Below are positions 1 to 12,000 of a stretch of 64,000 nucleotides of DNA, one piece after another. Made by a program: the position numbers and the translations under genes. The notes under the pieces were generated by a model. That model did no database searches, had not been told where the DNA came from, and saw only the letters and a list, made by a program, of their open reading frames with translations. Origin of the DNA: Thecamonas trahens ATCC 50062 (Eukaryota > Protista > Apusomonadida). Within the stretch, counting starts at the first letter, position 1. Every line of letters starts with the position of its first letter. Where the stretch lies: positions 47,567-111,566 of the forward strand of contig NW_013657617.1 in the NCBI RefSeq assembly GCF_000142905.1, written 5' to 3'.

Positions 1-687
1 TTCCTCTGGTGCGCCGACTCGATTAACGAGCGGCCCGACGAGTACTGGCGCATGGTCATGGACATTGCCCGCTCGTTCACCATTTCGCGCATCAAGCGCT
101 GCGGCCAGATCATGGGCCGCTCCGAGGGTGACGACCAGCCGGCCTCGCAGATCTTCTACCCGGCCATGCAGGCTGCCGACATCTTCTTCCTCGGCGCCGA
201 CATTTGCCAGCTCGGCATGGACCAGCGCAAGGTCAACATGCTCGCCATCGACTACGCCAACAAGATCGGCGTCCCGCCGCCGGTCGTCGTCTCGCACCAC
301 ATGATCATGGGCCTCACCGGCGAGAAGATGTCCAAGTCGGACCCCAACTCGGCTATCTTCATGGAGGACGACACCGCCGCTATCCGCAAGAAGATCAAGG
401 CTGCCTTTTGCGAGATCGGCAACATCGAGAAGAACCCCGTTCTCGAGTACTGCAAGTACATCATCTACCCCGCCGGCGTGGTCCTCACCATCGATGGCGA
501 GGAGTTTGCCACCTACGACGCCGTCGAGGCCGCCTTTCTCGACGGCTCGCTCCACCCGGGCGCTCTCAAGCCCGCTGTCGCCGACGCCATCGACAGCCTT
601 GTCGAGCCCGTCCGCCAGCACTTCCGCAAGGATCCGGTCGCCCGCGAGCTCCTCAAGAAGGTTCAGTCGTTCAAGGTGACCAAGTAA
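1..687 (+). CDS. YARS: Tyrosyl-tRNA synthetase, cytosolic (archaeal/eukaryotic type), 5'-truncated by the window edge
   Basis: Frame is open from base 1 (FLWCADSINERPDEYWRMVMDIA). Contains QIFYPAMQAADIFFL, QLGMDQRKVNMLA and the class I KMSKS motif (KMSKSDPNSAIFMED). Stop TAA at 685-687. Confidence 0.93.
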   Translation, partial: FLWCADSINERPDEYWRMVMDIARSFTISRIKRCGQIMGRSEGDDQPASQIFYPAMQAADIFFLGADICQLGMDQRKVNMLAIDYANKIGVPPPVVVSHHMIMGLTGEKMSKSDPNSAIFMEDDTAAIRKKIKAAFCEIGNIEKNPVLEYCKYIIYPAGVVLTIDGEEFATYDAVEAAFLDGSLHPGALKPAVADAIDSLVEPVRQHFRKDPVARELLKKVQSFKVTK

Positions 688-904
688 GGCCCTCCGCCCT
701 CTGTGAGCCTCCAGTAAACTTGCCTGTCCCAGCCGCTTGTCCCCACACCGCTAGTCCCCTACAGCATGGGAAATTCCCTGCCGCAACCTCTGCTGACCTG
801 TCAGGGGCCACGTGCCGTGCAGGACGCTGATCTCGACCGACCTATCACGGGCGGCGCTCCGACTCCCCGGAGTCGTCGCTGACAACGTCAAGTTCATCGT
901 GTTC

Positions 905-1055
905 TTGGGGTATCGGTCCGGACACGGTCTGAAGACGGTCCTCAAGGAGCGGTCCGGGAACGCCCCAATGGCTTTTGTACGGTCTCAGGAACGGTCTGGG
1001 TACAGTCTCAATAACGATCTGGGTACGTTCTCGGAGCGGTCTCGGAGGTCCTGCA
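905..1055. repeat. Degenerate ~11-12 bp periodic array of CGGTC-like motifs
   Basis: CGGTC or one-mismatch variants start at 914, 925, 936, 950, 980, 992, 1003, 1015, 1026 and 1037. Confidence 0.55.
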
Positions 1056-1289
1056 GTGGTGCTAGGGCGTCGCTGTGGGGGAGATACACCGTACAGGCCA
1101 ACAAAGTGGTGAAAATCGAGTATTACGGGGCCATGCGGCACTGTTCCACGGTCATACCACGGCGCACCAAGCGATGGCAATCAGCACAGCTTACCATCGG
1201 GATCGTAAAGGAAGAACTCGATCTGCGCACAGTCCAAGCCGTGGTTGGACATCGACGTCAGACACGGTGACATCGTGCGTTGATGTCGC

Positions 1290-1460
1290 AAATGCTAAAA
1301 ACTGTCAAATATTACCCCCAAACGAGCAAAATTATTCATTTTACATAATTCATGTCAGATATACACTTTAATATTGCAATTATGGTTTCTATTGCATATT
1401 TGTATGTATGCATATTTATATAAATATATAAATATATAATTTGGATTAAGACGTAAAGTC
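1290..1460. other. AT-rich island with (TATATAAA)n-like tract
   Basis: Strongly AT-rich stretch including atatttatataaatatataaatatataattt, in an otherwise very GC-rich window. It lies between the convergent TyrRS and permease genes. Confidence 0.8.
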
Positions 1461-1769
1461 GATGCCTGGGGGAAAATGCATCATTGTGTGACTTGTCCAC
1501 ACAATGCCCACATCTTATGCATGTCAGTGCTACCCATGCGCGTGTGGTAGCCTTTGTGGGCCCGTCTTTGGAATGCTTGTTGTAGCCACTCCTCATACAC
1601 CAAGTCTGGTCTCAATGTGCTGCGTACTGCGTGCTCCAGATGCCGAAAACCCGGTTTAATGGTGACCATTTGTCGCGCGGAGCCGACGCCGCACAACACC
1701 CAAGCTCTCGCGAGCCCCTCGGTGGTGGACACCACTACATCACATCTTGACACGGGTAGTTTATGGCGA

Positions 1770-2852
1770 TCAGGCCTCGTTGATCGACGGAGCAGCTTTG
1801 ACACTCTCCCCAGGCGGTATCACGGCCGAGAGAAGCGGCGGCGACTCCTTGGCCCTAGCGGCTGCGCGCTGTTTGAGCAGATGCCCGCCGTAAATGTAAA
1901 GGGCGATGCCCGGAACAGTCATGGCACAGGCGACAGCCTTTTGCCATGGAAAGCTCTCGTGGAAGAGCTTGACGACAAGGATGACGACGATCATGCGGCG
2001 GGCGACGTCTGCGACGGCGGCGAAGAGGGCGGACGACTTGGAGATGACGGCAAACTTGAAGAACATGCCAGTCTGCTTGGTGAGGGCGACGGCAACCATG
2101 CAGAGGATGATATACAAGTGACGGTTATCCTTGTGGCTGGCATCCGTCCACACGGCGCTGTACTCGGTCCACTCGCGCGAGATGAGCCAGCAGACGATGA
2201 TGACCAGCCACGCCGAGATGCCGTTGAAGAAGGCAGCCTCAGCGACGGTCCGCATCGACGTCGACTTCTTAACGTCCTTGAGCAGAAACGAGGCAAGCAC
2301 GGCCTGCGAAGCGTTGGAAAACGCAGATATAATGGCGAAGATAAAGCCGAAGAGGTGCTTCGAGCTCGTTATGCCATTGGACTCCTTGTGGTCCGACTTG
2401 TGCGAAGCAAGAACGGCTGTCGACGTAAGAAGCAGCACAACCGACGCCGCATGGTACCGCGTTAGCTCTTTTTTGAGGAAGATTCGCGACTCAACGACGT
2501 TGAACACAATGTTCGTCGACTTGAGCAGCATGTAAGTCGAGCCGGGCAGCCAGTTGATGGCAAAGGCGAGCGTAATCATGTGGACCGAGTCGAGGACGCC
2601 CATGGCGCAGAGCTTGGCCGTCAGCTTGAGCGTTAGCGGGACCCGTCCATCATCGACCTCGTGCGTCAGCTTGTGCCCGAGAATGACTCCGAGATGGACC
2701 GGCCAGCCCGAGGTCATCAGCACCGCCGTCAGCCACGGGAAGACGTAGCCCCAGTGGTCAAGCAGCTTGGTCACCGTTGGCGGTGTCGCATACATGGCGA
2801 TGAAGCACATCGTGAGCACCACAATCACGGCCTTGCCACCATCCGAGCCCAT
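1770..2852 (-). CDS. Purine permease (PUP/PUNUT)-like DMT-superfamily transporter
   Basis: About 10 hydrophobic segments. FPWLTAVLMTSGWPV, WLPGSTYMLLKSTNIVFNV and FHESFPWQKAVACAMTVPGIALYIYG resemble plant PUP motifs. Start placed at MGSDGG; the ORF extension upstream is low-complexity flank. Confidence 0.75.
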   Translation of the reverse strand: MGSDGGKAVIVVLTMCFIAMYATPPTVTKLLDHWGYVFPWLTAVLMTSGWPVHLGVILGHKLTHEVDDGRVPLTLKLTAKLCAMGVLDSVHMITLAFAINWLPGSTYMLLKSTNIVFNVVESRIFLKKELTRYHAASVVLLLTSTAVLASHKSDHKESNGITSSKHLFGFIFAIISAFSNASQAVLASFLLKDVKKSTSMRTVAEAAFFNGISAWLVIIVCWLISREWTEYSAVWTDASHKDNRHLYIILCMVAVALTKQTGMFFKFAVISKSSALFAAVADVARRMIVVILVVKLFHESFPWQKAVACAMTVPGIALYIYGGHLLKQRAAARAKESPPLLSAVIPPGESVKAAPSINEA

Positions 2853-3550
2853 TTGCCTTGGCCTCTGTCCTCTGACAAGATGATGATGCGGTGCCCATTG
2901 TCCATGATGATATGTTGTTGTCGCAGGGGGGAGAGGGGTCATGCCGAGCGAGTCATCCCCCACCGCCGCACCCCATCCATACACCGCCATCCCCATCCGC
3001 ATTCGCATCCGCATCCCCATCAATACGCCCCCTTTGCAATGAGTCCAGCACCACAACCAGGCCCCCTGCCCCTCCCCCTCCCCTCCCCCCTCCCCCCCCC
3101 TAGGCGGTGGCGTGCCGGTCTCCTGTCCGTCCCCGACCACGACAGGTGCTGCTTCCCTGCTCCGGTCCCATCCCCCCCCTCTCTCCCCCCTCATCCCCTT
3201 CCCCCCATGCCCCTCCCCTCTCTCCTCCACCCTCCACATACCCTATGGCAACAAAGTGGAGTCCTCCTCCCTCCCGTCACCATCCCCGTCTCCCCCCCCC
3301 CCCCGTCTCCCACTGCTGCCTTGCAAAGAGCCACTGCTCCCGTGCACATCTTTGCAATCTTCACTTTTCATCACGCCGCTTTTTTCCCCCTCACCCAACC
3401 ACCCCACCCATCCATACCCATCCATACCCATCCATACCCATCCATATCCATCCATATCCATGCCTGGCACATCCCCTCCGTCCATCGGCGCCCCCAAGCA
3501 GCGGCGACCGACAATCATCGCAGCGAACAACCCGGCCGGACAGAGGGCAA

Positions 3551-5580
3551 TCACAGTTTGGTGGAGAGAATGGCCTTGTACGTGTCCTTGGGTAGGTTGA
3601 CCTTGCCCATGGCGCGCATCCGGGCCTTGCCGCGCTTCTGCTTCTTGAGCAGCTTGTCCTTGCGCGTCCGATCGCCGCCGTACAGGTGACCGATGGTGTC
3701 CTTGCGGAAGGCCTTGATGGTCTCGCGAGCGACGATACGGCCGTTGAACGAAGCCTGGATCTTGATCTCAAACAGCGTCCGCGACATGGCCTCCTTGAGC
3801 TTGGAGACGTACTTGACGCCCATGGCGCGCGCCTCGTCGCGATGGGCCACAAACGAAAGTGCCTCAACCGGCTCGCCGTTGAGCATGACCGTCACCAGCC
3901 CGAGCGGTGCCTTGGCGTAGCCTGCGGCCTGGTACTGGAACGACGCGTAGCCGCCGGTCCGCGACTTGAGCTCGTCCACAAAGTCCGTGACGACCGAAGC
4001 GAGCGGGAGGGCGACAGCGACCTCGAGCGCGTCGCCACCGACGGTAGCGGTCTCGGTCACCTCACCGCGCCGGCGGAGGACAAGGTCCATCACGCCCGAG
4101 AGCCGGTCGGCCGGGACAAGAATGGTTCCCGTCACCCGCGGCTCGTACGTGCCCACGATCTTGCCCTCGGATGCCGGCCACGCTGCACCAGTCTCGACAA
4201 GCACCTCCTCGCCGCCAGCAAGAACCACCCGGTACGGCACCGACGGCGCCGTGAGGATAACGTCGGCTCCGTGCTCGGACTCGAGCCGCTGCCGAAAGAC
4301 GTCGGCGTGGAGGAGGCCGAGGAAGCCGAGCCGAAAGCCCGAGCCGAGTGCGGCTGTGGCTGTTTTGGCCACAGAGACCGCCGGATCGTTGAGCGCGAGC
4401 CGTGCCAGCGCCGACGCCAGGTCCTCGTACTCATCCGGCTCGCCCGGATACAGGCCAGCAAAGACCATCGGTTCGCCACCGATGCCAAGCGCAAGCCGCT
4501 GAGCAGTTGTGACTCGCTCAGCGCCTCGGTAAGCGCCTCGACGTGCTCCGGCGGCGCAAGCAGCGTGCCAGCAACCTGAACACCGGCGTCCTTGACGCCA
4601 GTGGCGGCAAAGCCGGCCCGCCCGGCCCCGAGCACTGGACATGGCTGCTCGTGCGGATGGAGGGTGCCAACCTCGCCGAGTGTAAGCTTGAACGGCTTGC
4701 GCCCAGCAGCAGAGCCGAGCGCGAGCGGCGCAAGCGCTGTCCCGGCCGAGAGCTCGCCGGCCATGACCGCCACCGACGCCACAATGCCACGGAATGTGTC
4801 GTAACGCGAGTCAAAGGCGACCGCGAGCGGAAGATCAGCCAGGTGCGGCGGGAGCGGGAGCGGAGATGGCGGCGGGATAGCACGGACCAGAACGTCGAGC
4901 AGCTCCGGCACGCCCTCGCCGGTCTTGGCCGACACCAGACAAATGTCTGGCGACTCGGGGTCGATGCCGAGCGTGGCTTCGAGCGCCTCGAGAGTGCCGT
5001 CGATGTCGGCCGCCGGCAAGTCGATCTTGTTGAGGACTGGAACAATGGCAAGGCGGGCAGCAGCTGCGAGCCGGGCCACAGCAAGCGTCTGAGCCTGCAC
5101 GCCCTGCGCCGCGTCGACAAGCAGCAGGACGCCGTCCACGGCCGCCAGCGAGCGCGCAACTTCAAGGCCAAAGTCGGCGTGGCCGGGCGTGTCGATGAGA
5201 TTCAGCACCTTGCCACCATACCGCAACGTCGCCGAGTTGGCTTTGACCGTGATCCCGCGCTCCTGCTCCACCTCGAGCGTGTCCAGCGCTTGCTCCCGCC
5301 CGCCGCGCCGCCGACCCTCTTCGCCGCCACACGCGTCAATGATCCGGTCTGCCAGCGTCGACTTGCCGTGATCAATGTGCGCCAGAATGGCAAAGTTCCG
5401 CACTTCGCCCAGTGCCACCGCCCCGCCCTCGTCCACCGACGCCGCCAGCCCATCGGACGCACTGCCCGCCGAGACCTCGCCAGCCGCTCTACTCACCGCG
5501 CCCGTCGCATGCCGCATCCATGTTGCCCTCCACAGCGCCGTCCGTGTTTGCGCCACCACACGACCCACCCGGCGGAACAT
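3551..5580 (-). CDS. GUF1: Translation factor GUF1/LepA (EF4), mitochondrial; one-base frameshift at ~4472
   Basis: RNFAILAHIDHGKSTLADR, ERGITVK, LNLIDTPGHADF and NKID lie in ORF 4132..5751. PMVFAGLYP, LGSGFRLGFLGLLH and YGGDRTRKDKLLKKQKRGK lie in ORF 3551..4642. One added base in gcg-aa-ccg restores AKPMVF. Arg-rich presequence MFRRVGRVVAQTR. Confidence 0.93.
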
Positions 5581-6057
5581 AGTCGTCTGTGTGGAGTATG
5601 TGGGGGGGGGGGGAGTGCGGGAGAGCGAGGTGTGCGAGGCGGGGGAGGGAGAGCGAGAGGCAAAGGTGACGGAGAGACGGATCCCAGTGATCCCACAGCC
5701 GAGAGCCATGGCACAGACAAGACGGACCACGTGGGCACATGGTATGGTCACACTGGTGGTGGTAGTAGTGGTGGTGAGATGGTTGGGGAAGACGCCTCAT
5801 GCGGGTCGATGAGGATGAGTTGATCGATACGATAGGAGGACAATGTCCACATCTGTCCCTCCCTCCAAGCCCCCCCCCTCCCCCACCCCCCCTGTATGAC
5901 ACCAATGGGGTGAGTGTGGCACCCTCTCCCGAAAAGAAACCCAGCCACCCCCTTCCCCCCCCCTCCCCTTCCGCCCAGTAGTCCATCACCACCACAGGCA
6001 CCTCCCCCCCACCCACCCACTCGCTCCCCCCCTACCACCACACTCTCACCCCCACCC

Positions 6058-9000
6058 ATGGGCAACACCACCTCAACCCTCCCCCCGGGAGCCGACGAGG
6101 TGGAGACCATGCACCAAGTACGCCCCCCTCCCTCCCTCCCTCCCCCTCCCCCCTCCCTTCCTCNNNNNNNNNNNNNNNNNNNNNNNNNNNNNNNNNNNNN
6201 NNNNNNNNNNNNNNNNNNNNNNNNNNNNNNNNNNNNNNNNNNNNNNNNNNNNNNNNNNNNNNNCCCCCCCTCCCCCTCACCCCTCACCCCCTTCGCACAG
6301 GACTCCCTGCTGGTCTCCCTCATTACGCCATCATCCCTCGCCGCACCCAAGTTTGTGGCAGAGGCTGTTGCCACATACCGCTCGCCGGCCTCGTCGTCGC
6401 CTGAGCTCAACGACGGCTCGGTGCCTCAGGCCACTATGGCCGCCCTTGGCTCGTCGGCTCTGGCGGCGGCCGCGGCAGAGTTCCTCATTCCGCCATCGGC
6501 CCGCCGCTCCGCTGCTGCCATGCGCAAGCAAGTCACTGTCTCCACCGCTTCCACCACCCTCTACACCCAGCTGGTCCTCCTACGGGCCACCCTCCTCCGC
6601 CGCCTGGCTCAGGCTCTGGCTCGCTCCGCTGCGGCTGCGGCTGCCACCGCCCCGCTCCGCCCGCTGCCCGACGCTGCTACTCGGCCCATCGGTGCTCCGC
6701 TGGCGTCGGCCTCGCAAGCGGTCACCGCTGACGGCGCACTTGGCATCCACACCTCGCTCGGCGTCCTGGTCACCCTACTCAAGGCCGCTGCCCGCGCCGA
6801 CCCGGACGTCGGCCTCGAGACCCTTGCCTCGTTTGATGCCCTCCTCCACACCATTCCGCTGCTCGGCCTCTATCTTGGCGCACCCGAGCCGGCGGTCGAC
6901 GCGCTGGTTGGCTTTATGCACCACACGCTCGACATGCCTCAGGCCCCGCCGAGCGCAAAGTCGGCCGCCCTCGCCGGCCTTGTTGGCGTCGCCCTCGCCA
7001 AGGGCTCGTTCACCGAGCTGCTCTTTGTGGCCCATACTCTCCTCACTGCCCCGCCTGCGGCTCCGCTTGACGTCTCGACCTACCTCGGCCGCCTCGCCAG
7101 CTACAACCCACACATTCCGCTGGCTGCTCTCGACGCCAAGGCCGCTCTCTCGTTCTCTAACGAGTACACCGCCCCCGCTGCTGGCTCGCAAGGCTCGGCG
7201 GCCTCGGCCGATACACCTGCGGCCTTCCGCGAGCCGGGCGCCATCGCCACCGACGGCACCTACCTCTACATCCACGACGCCCACGGGCTCGCCAAGATCG
7301 GCACCGGAGCAAACGGCTCCATCCAGGGCCACGTCTATGCTGCCCGCCCGCTCTTCCGCGCCTCCGACGCTGCCTCGCTCCTTTGTGTCTGTGACAAGCT
7401 CTACTACCGCTCTGCTAGCATCGCGCCAGCAGCTTTTCTTGTCCTCTCAGCCTCAAACCTCGCCGACATTGGTGCCATCCTGCCTGACGGCTCGGGCTCG
7501 GTCGCCTCCGATCCGACCTCCGAGACCTGGCTTCCTGCCGAGTTTACTCCCGAGCCCAAGGCCTCGCCGCCGACCTTTGCTTCGCCGGCAACCACCGACG
7601 GCCGCTACATCTACGTCGCCATGGCTGTCTATGGCTATGCCCCAGACGCGCCGCCGGTCTCGGCGCTTGCCTCGGCCGTTGCTGGCGAGTCGCGCTCGGC
7701 CGTGTCGGGCGCCGCTGACGCGCTTCCGCCGGTCACCCCGACTCCGACCTCGGCCTCGGCCGCCCGCGCGCAGAGCATCACCTTCCCACCGCCATCGGCC
7801 GGCTCATCTGACGACGCTGCCACATCACTGGCCGGCCCCGCCAGCTCCAGTGCAGGTCCGAACCCGGCAGCGCCGGGAGCTGCAAACCCTCGCGTCGTCG
7901 TCGCTACTTTTGACCCGCTCTCGGATCCACCCATGAAGCACATCGCGTCGACGCTGCTCTCCGGCTCAGAGACTCTCGTCGGCCATGTCCTCTCCACCCG
8001 TCAGTGCTACAACACCGACACCCGCATCGCCGTCGACACCTCGCTCGTCTTTCACGCGCCGGGCAAGGTCGCCGCCTGGTGCATGGCCGGCCGTGGCCAG
8101 GGCAACTTTGTCTTCCAGGTCTACCGCCGCGTCGCCGGCGACCACTACGTCCTTGTTGGCGAGAATGAGGTCGAGACCATCTCCGGCCTCCAGGTCTTTG
8201 ACATTCCTCCCGACGAGCGTATTGCAGTTCTCCCCGGCGACTGCATCGGCTGGCGCTGGGCCATCGACCGTGGCCAGGTCTACTACGACCGCAACGTTCC
8301 GGGCACCTCGCCCTCGTTTGTCAAGTACAACTCGAACACCCACGGCCCGCGCGATGCCGTCGGCGACACTGTCCACTTTACCCGTACCGAGTCGGTCACC
8401 ATGTCCATCGCCGCTGTCCTCGACCCGGCGCCGGTCGCCACGCACACCGCCACCAGCCCGGCCTCTTCCAGCGGGAGCGTGCCGCTCACGTTCTGCGCCA
8501 CTGCCGGCCCTCTCGCCCTCCCGACACCCGTCCTCAACTACGGCGCGCTCTACTGCAACGGCTCGTGCGTGGCCATCCTCGCTCCGCCAAACAAGCAGCT
8601 TCACGATGGCTTCCCCAATCACGCATCCACCCGCCAGTGGTCGCTTGCGTCAGGTGCACTCCTGGACCACACCGACGCTGGACTCAACCCGCAGGGCATG
8701 CCGACCGTCTACGATGCCGACGCCAACGTCGTCTGGAACTACGCTCCGGGCACGCGCAAGGTCTTCCGCTGGGCTTGTGGCCCGCTCCGCCCGGCCCTCA
8801 CTTTTCCGGTCTCGTCCGAGACCGCCGCCGCCGCCCGCTTCCCGCTCCATCCGCTCGACGTCCCAGCCGCGCTTCCGGCCCTAGCTGCTGACCTCCCGCC
8901 GGCTGCCTCACCGGCCGACGTCGCTTATGTCCTCCTCCGCCACGCGGATCGCATCGCCCTTCACCACGCCCCGCCACCGGCCGCCGCCGCCGCCCACGCC

Positions 9001-12000
9001 GCTCCGACGTTGTCCGCCGTCGCTGCCTCCTCGTCGGCCGCCACCGCGGCCTCGCTCTGCCGCGAGCTCTGCGTCCAGCTCCACCCGTCAACCTTTGCGC
9101 TCCTCCTTTCGCTTCTTCGCCGCTTTGCTGCCGCCCTCCCGCGCGTCCTCGCCCTCCCGTCCACTGCTCCCGTTCCAGACGACCTCGCCACTGCCGGCTA
9201 TCTCACCATGGCTGTTCTCCGACTGCTCAAGGTCAATCTTGCCGTTCTGGTCTCTTCAGGCTATCCGCTGGAAGCTTTTGACTCCAAGCCGCTGCCCGAG
9301 ACTGCTGCTGCTTCTGCCGCTGGCGGCGCCAGCCCGGCTACCCTCACTTGGGCCTCACTCTCAGCGGCAGACGTCGCCGCTGCATCTGCTGACCTTCTCC
9401 CGCCGCCGTTCAACGAGTCCTTCCCGCCGCTTGCCATCGAGCACGAGCTCGACGGCGAGGCGCTGGCCCTTCTCTCGCTCACCGACTGCGTCTTGCTCGC
9501 CGACAACAAGCTCGGACGCGGAAAAAAGCTCCACGCCGCCCTCACGGCCGCTCTCCGCAAGCCTCCGCAAGCTCACGCTCCGGCCACTGATGCCAGCTCG
9601 GGCGCTCCGTCATCGCGCAAGCGGCCGGCGCGCCTCGACACCGGCAGCTCGAGCGCCACCAAGCCGTCGCGCCTCGACGGCTCGCCCTCGGTCTTTGCCA
9701 CCATTCGCAACGAGCTCGTCGCCCTCACCTCGCACTCGCATGCTTGGATCCAGGACGAGGCCTGTGGCGTCCTCACGATGGGCATGAACGCGTTCTATCC
9801 CACTCGCGAGGACCGTCTCCTCCTCCTCGGCTCCACCCTGGCCAAGGTCGATCCGGCCGCTGCCTCGCCCGACCCGTTCGTCGCCGCCGTCCTCGAGTAC
9901 TTTGCAGAGCCCGCGACCGTCGCCGACCTTTTTGTCGCGCCGCTCACCGATGCCCTCACTGGCAAGCCGAGCCTCCCACCGGCCTTTGCCACCATCATTC
10001 ACAATCTCATCCGTATCATCCGTGCCGAGGCCGAGGGCCTCCTGGCTTCGCCGCCGGCTCCGTCTTCCGACGCCTCAGACCTGCCGCCAGCACCGTCGAC
10101 CGCCGCCCGTATGCTCTTCTCCTTCCTCACCCACCTCCTCGCTCGTGCCACGGCCTCGTCCGGCGACCTCCTTGACGCCACCGTCACCCTCGCTTCGGAC
10201 CTCCTCGGCGCCGCGGCAGACGTTGTCACTGCCGTCGTCGCTGCCGCGCCTGACAATGCCGCTCTTGCAGACTCGGCCTCGCACGGCGCCGCACTCCGCG
10301 CCTCGTTTGTCCCCACCATTCTCCCAGGCCTTGTCTCGGCGCTCCCGGTCCTCGTCGCTTCGTCGGTGGCTCTCGCGGCCAAGCTCTCGCCGCGCCTTGT
10401 CGCACTCTTTACCGTACTCGACACGCTCAACGCCCGCATCCCGGGCATTGCCGAGACCGACGCTGAGCTCCTCACCGCCCGCGCCTCGACCTACACCAAG
10501 TCGATTGTCGAAGAGTCACTCCACCCTTACCCGACCCATGCCCGGGTCGACAAAAAGGTGACAATCCCCAACGCCACGTCTCTTACTCTCATCTTTTCCA
10601 AGTCGTGCCGGACCGAGGGCGGCTCCGACTACCTCGACATCTACCAGGCTGCGCACCACTCGAACCACCTCTACCGGTTCTCCGGCGCGTACAACCAGGG
10701 CTCGTCGTCGTTCCCGGCTGAGCCGGTCACCATTCCGGGCGACACTGTGTACTTTTACTTTACCTCGGGCCCATACTCGTACTCGCACTACGGCTGGTCG
10801 GTCACCGTCTCGGCCCAACTGCCCGACGTCATCGGCCCGGTCCCGTTCTCGCTTGACCTGCTCAAGAACGTCGGCTGGGCCCTCGGCTCGCTCGCTGCTG
10901 TCTCGGTCGCCGGCGCGCCACTCACCGACGAAGAGGCCGCTCTCAAGTCGCTCCTGGCGTCGCCGCTGCTGGCCCGCGGCTACGCCGGTTCCCCGCCCGA
11001 CTCGCCTTTCCTTGACGACATGCTCGCGTCCGAGCCGACGGCTTCACCGGCCACCGCCGGCTTTACCATGTTTCTGGAGATGGCTCAGGCCAACGCCACC
11101 GGCGTCTCGCTCGGCAAGAAGGCCCGCGGTGCACCCATCGACTTTCTTGTCGAGCGTGCCGTCCTCGCCGCCGCCATCTACCACACCGGCCTCCTGCCCG
11201 ACACTCTTGTCTACGCCGCGGCCCTTGCCGATGCCGGCGACAACGCTGCTCTCCGCCCGGCCATGCCCAAGCCGCTGCTCCACCTCTGGCGCCGCGCCCA
11301 CAAAATCAAAAAGTGGGTCATGCGCGAGTACGAGGACCGCGAGTCGGCCCGGGATCTCGAGCGCGCCGCCGACTCGGACCTCGGCGCTGCTACCGCCACT
11401 TCCGCCGCCAGCGACCGCTCCTTTGCGGCCGAAATTGTGCGCAAGGCCAGGTTCCTCCTCTCCTATGCGCCAGCTGCGCTCCCACCGCATGACGCCGCCA
11501 ACTCACCCGCTGTCCGCGGCAACCCGACGCTTGGCGCGCTTGTTCCCGCCGCCAACTCGGTCCTCGCGTCTTGGCGCCATGCCGAGGCCCGCTTTGCGGC
11601 GTTTGACCTGAACGCAGCTGACGCGCTTTGCAACGAGCTCGATGTCTTTCTCCGCACTCCGCTCAACGTGGCGGACCTGGCTTCGGTTGTTGCCACCCGG
11701 AGCGAGCGGGCGCAGACCCGTGCTGCCGGCTACGCTACGCTTGCGACACTCATCCGCGACGTCACCATCCGTTCGGCTGTCTACGATCTCCTCCGCCCCT
11801 CGTGCGACTCGCTCGATGTTTCGGTTCGCTCGGCCTCGACCGGCGTCCACCACCTTGACGCGCTCACCACCGCGCCGCAGACCCAACTCCACGCGGTCCA
11901 AGACGCGTTTGCCACCTTCCTTGCCGCTGTCAACACTGTTGTCGGCGACGACGCTACCGCGCCGCCGGTCCGGGCCGCTGCGCTGGCCGCGCTCAACCTC

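Noticed and set aside
2853-3500. N-terminal extension of the permease and overlapping Pro/Gly-rich ORFs
   Set aside because: Low-complexity C-rich and (CCAT/ACCCAT) repeat flank without coding codon bias.
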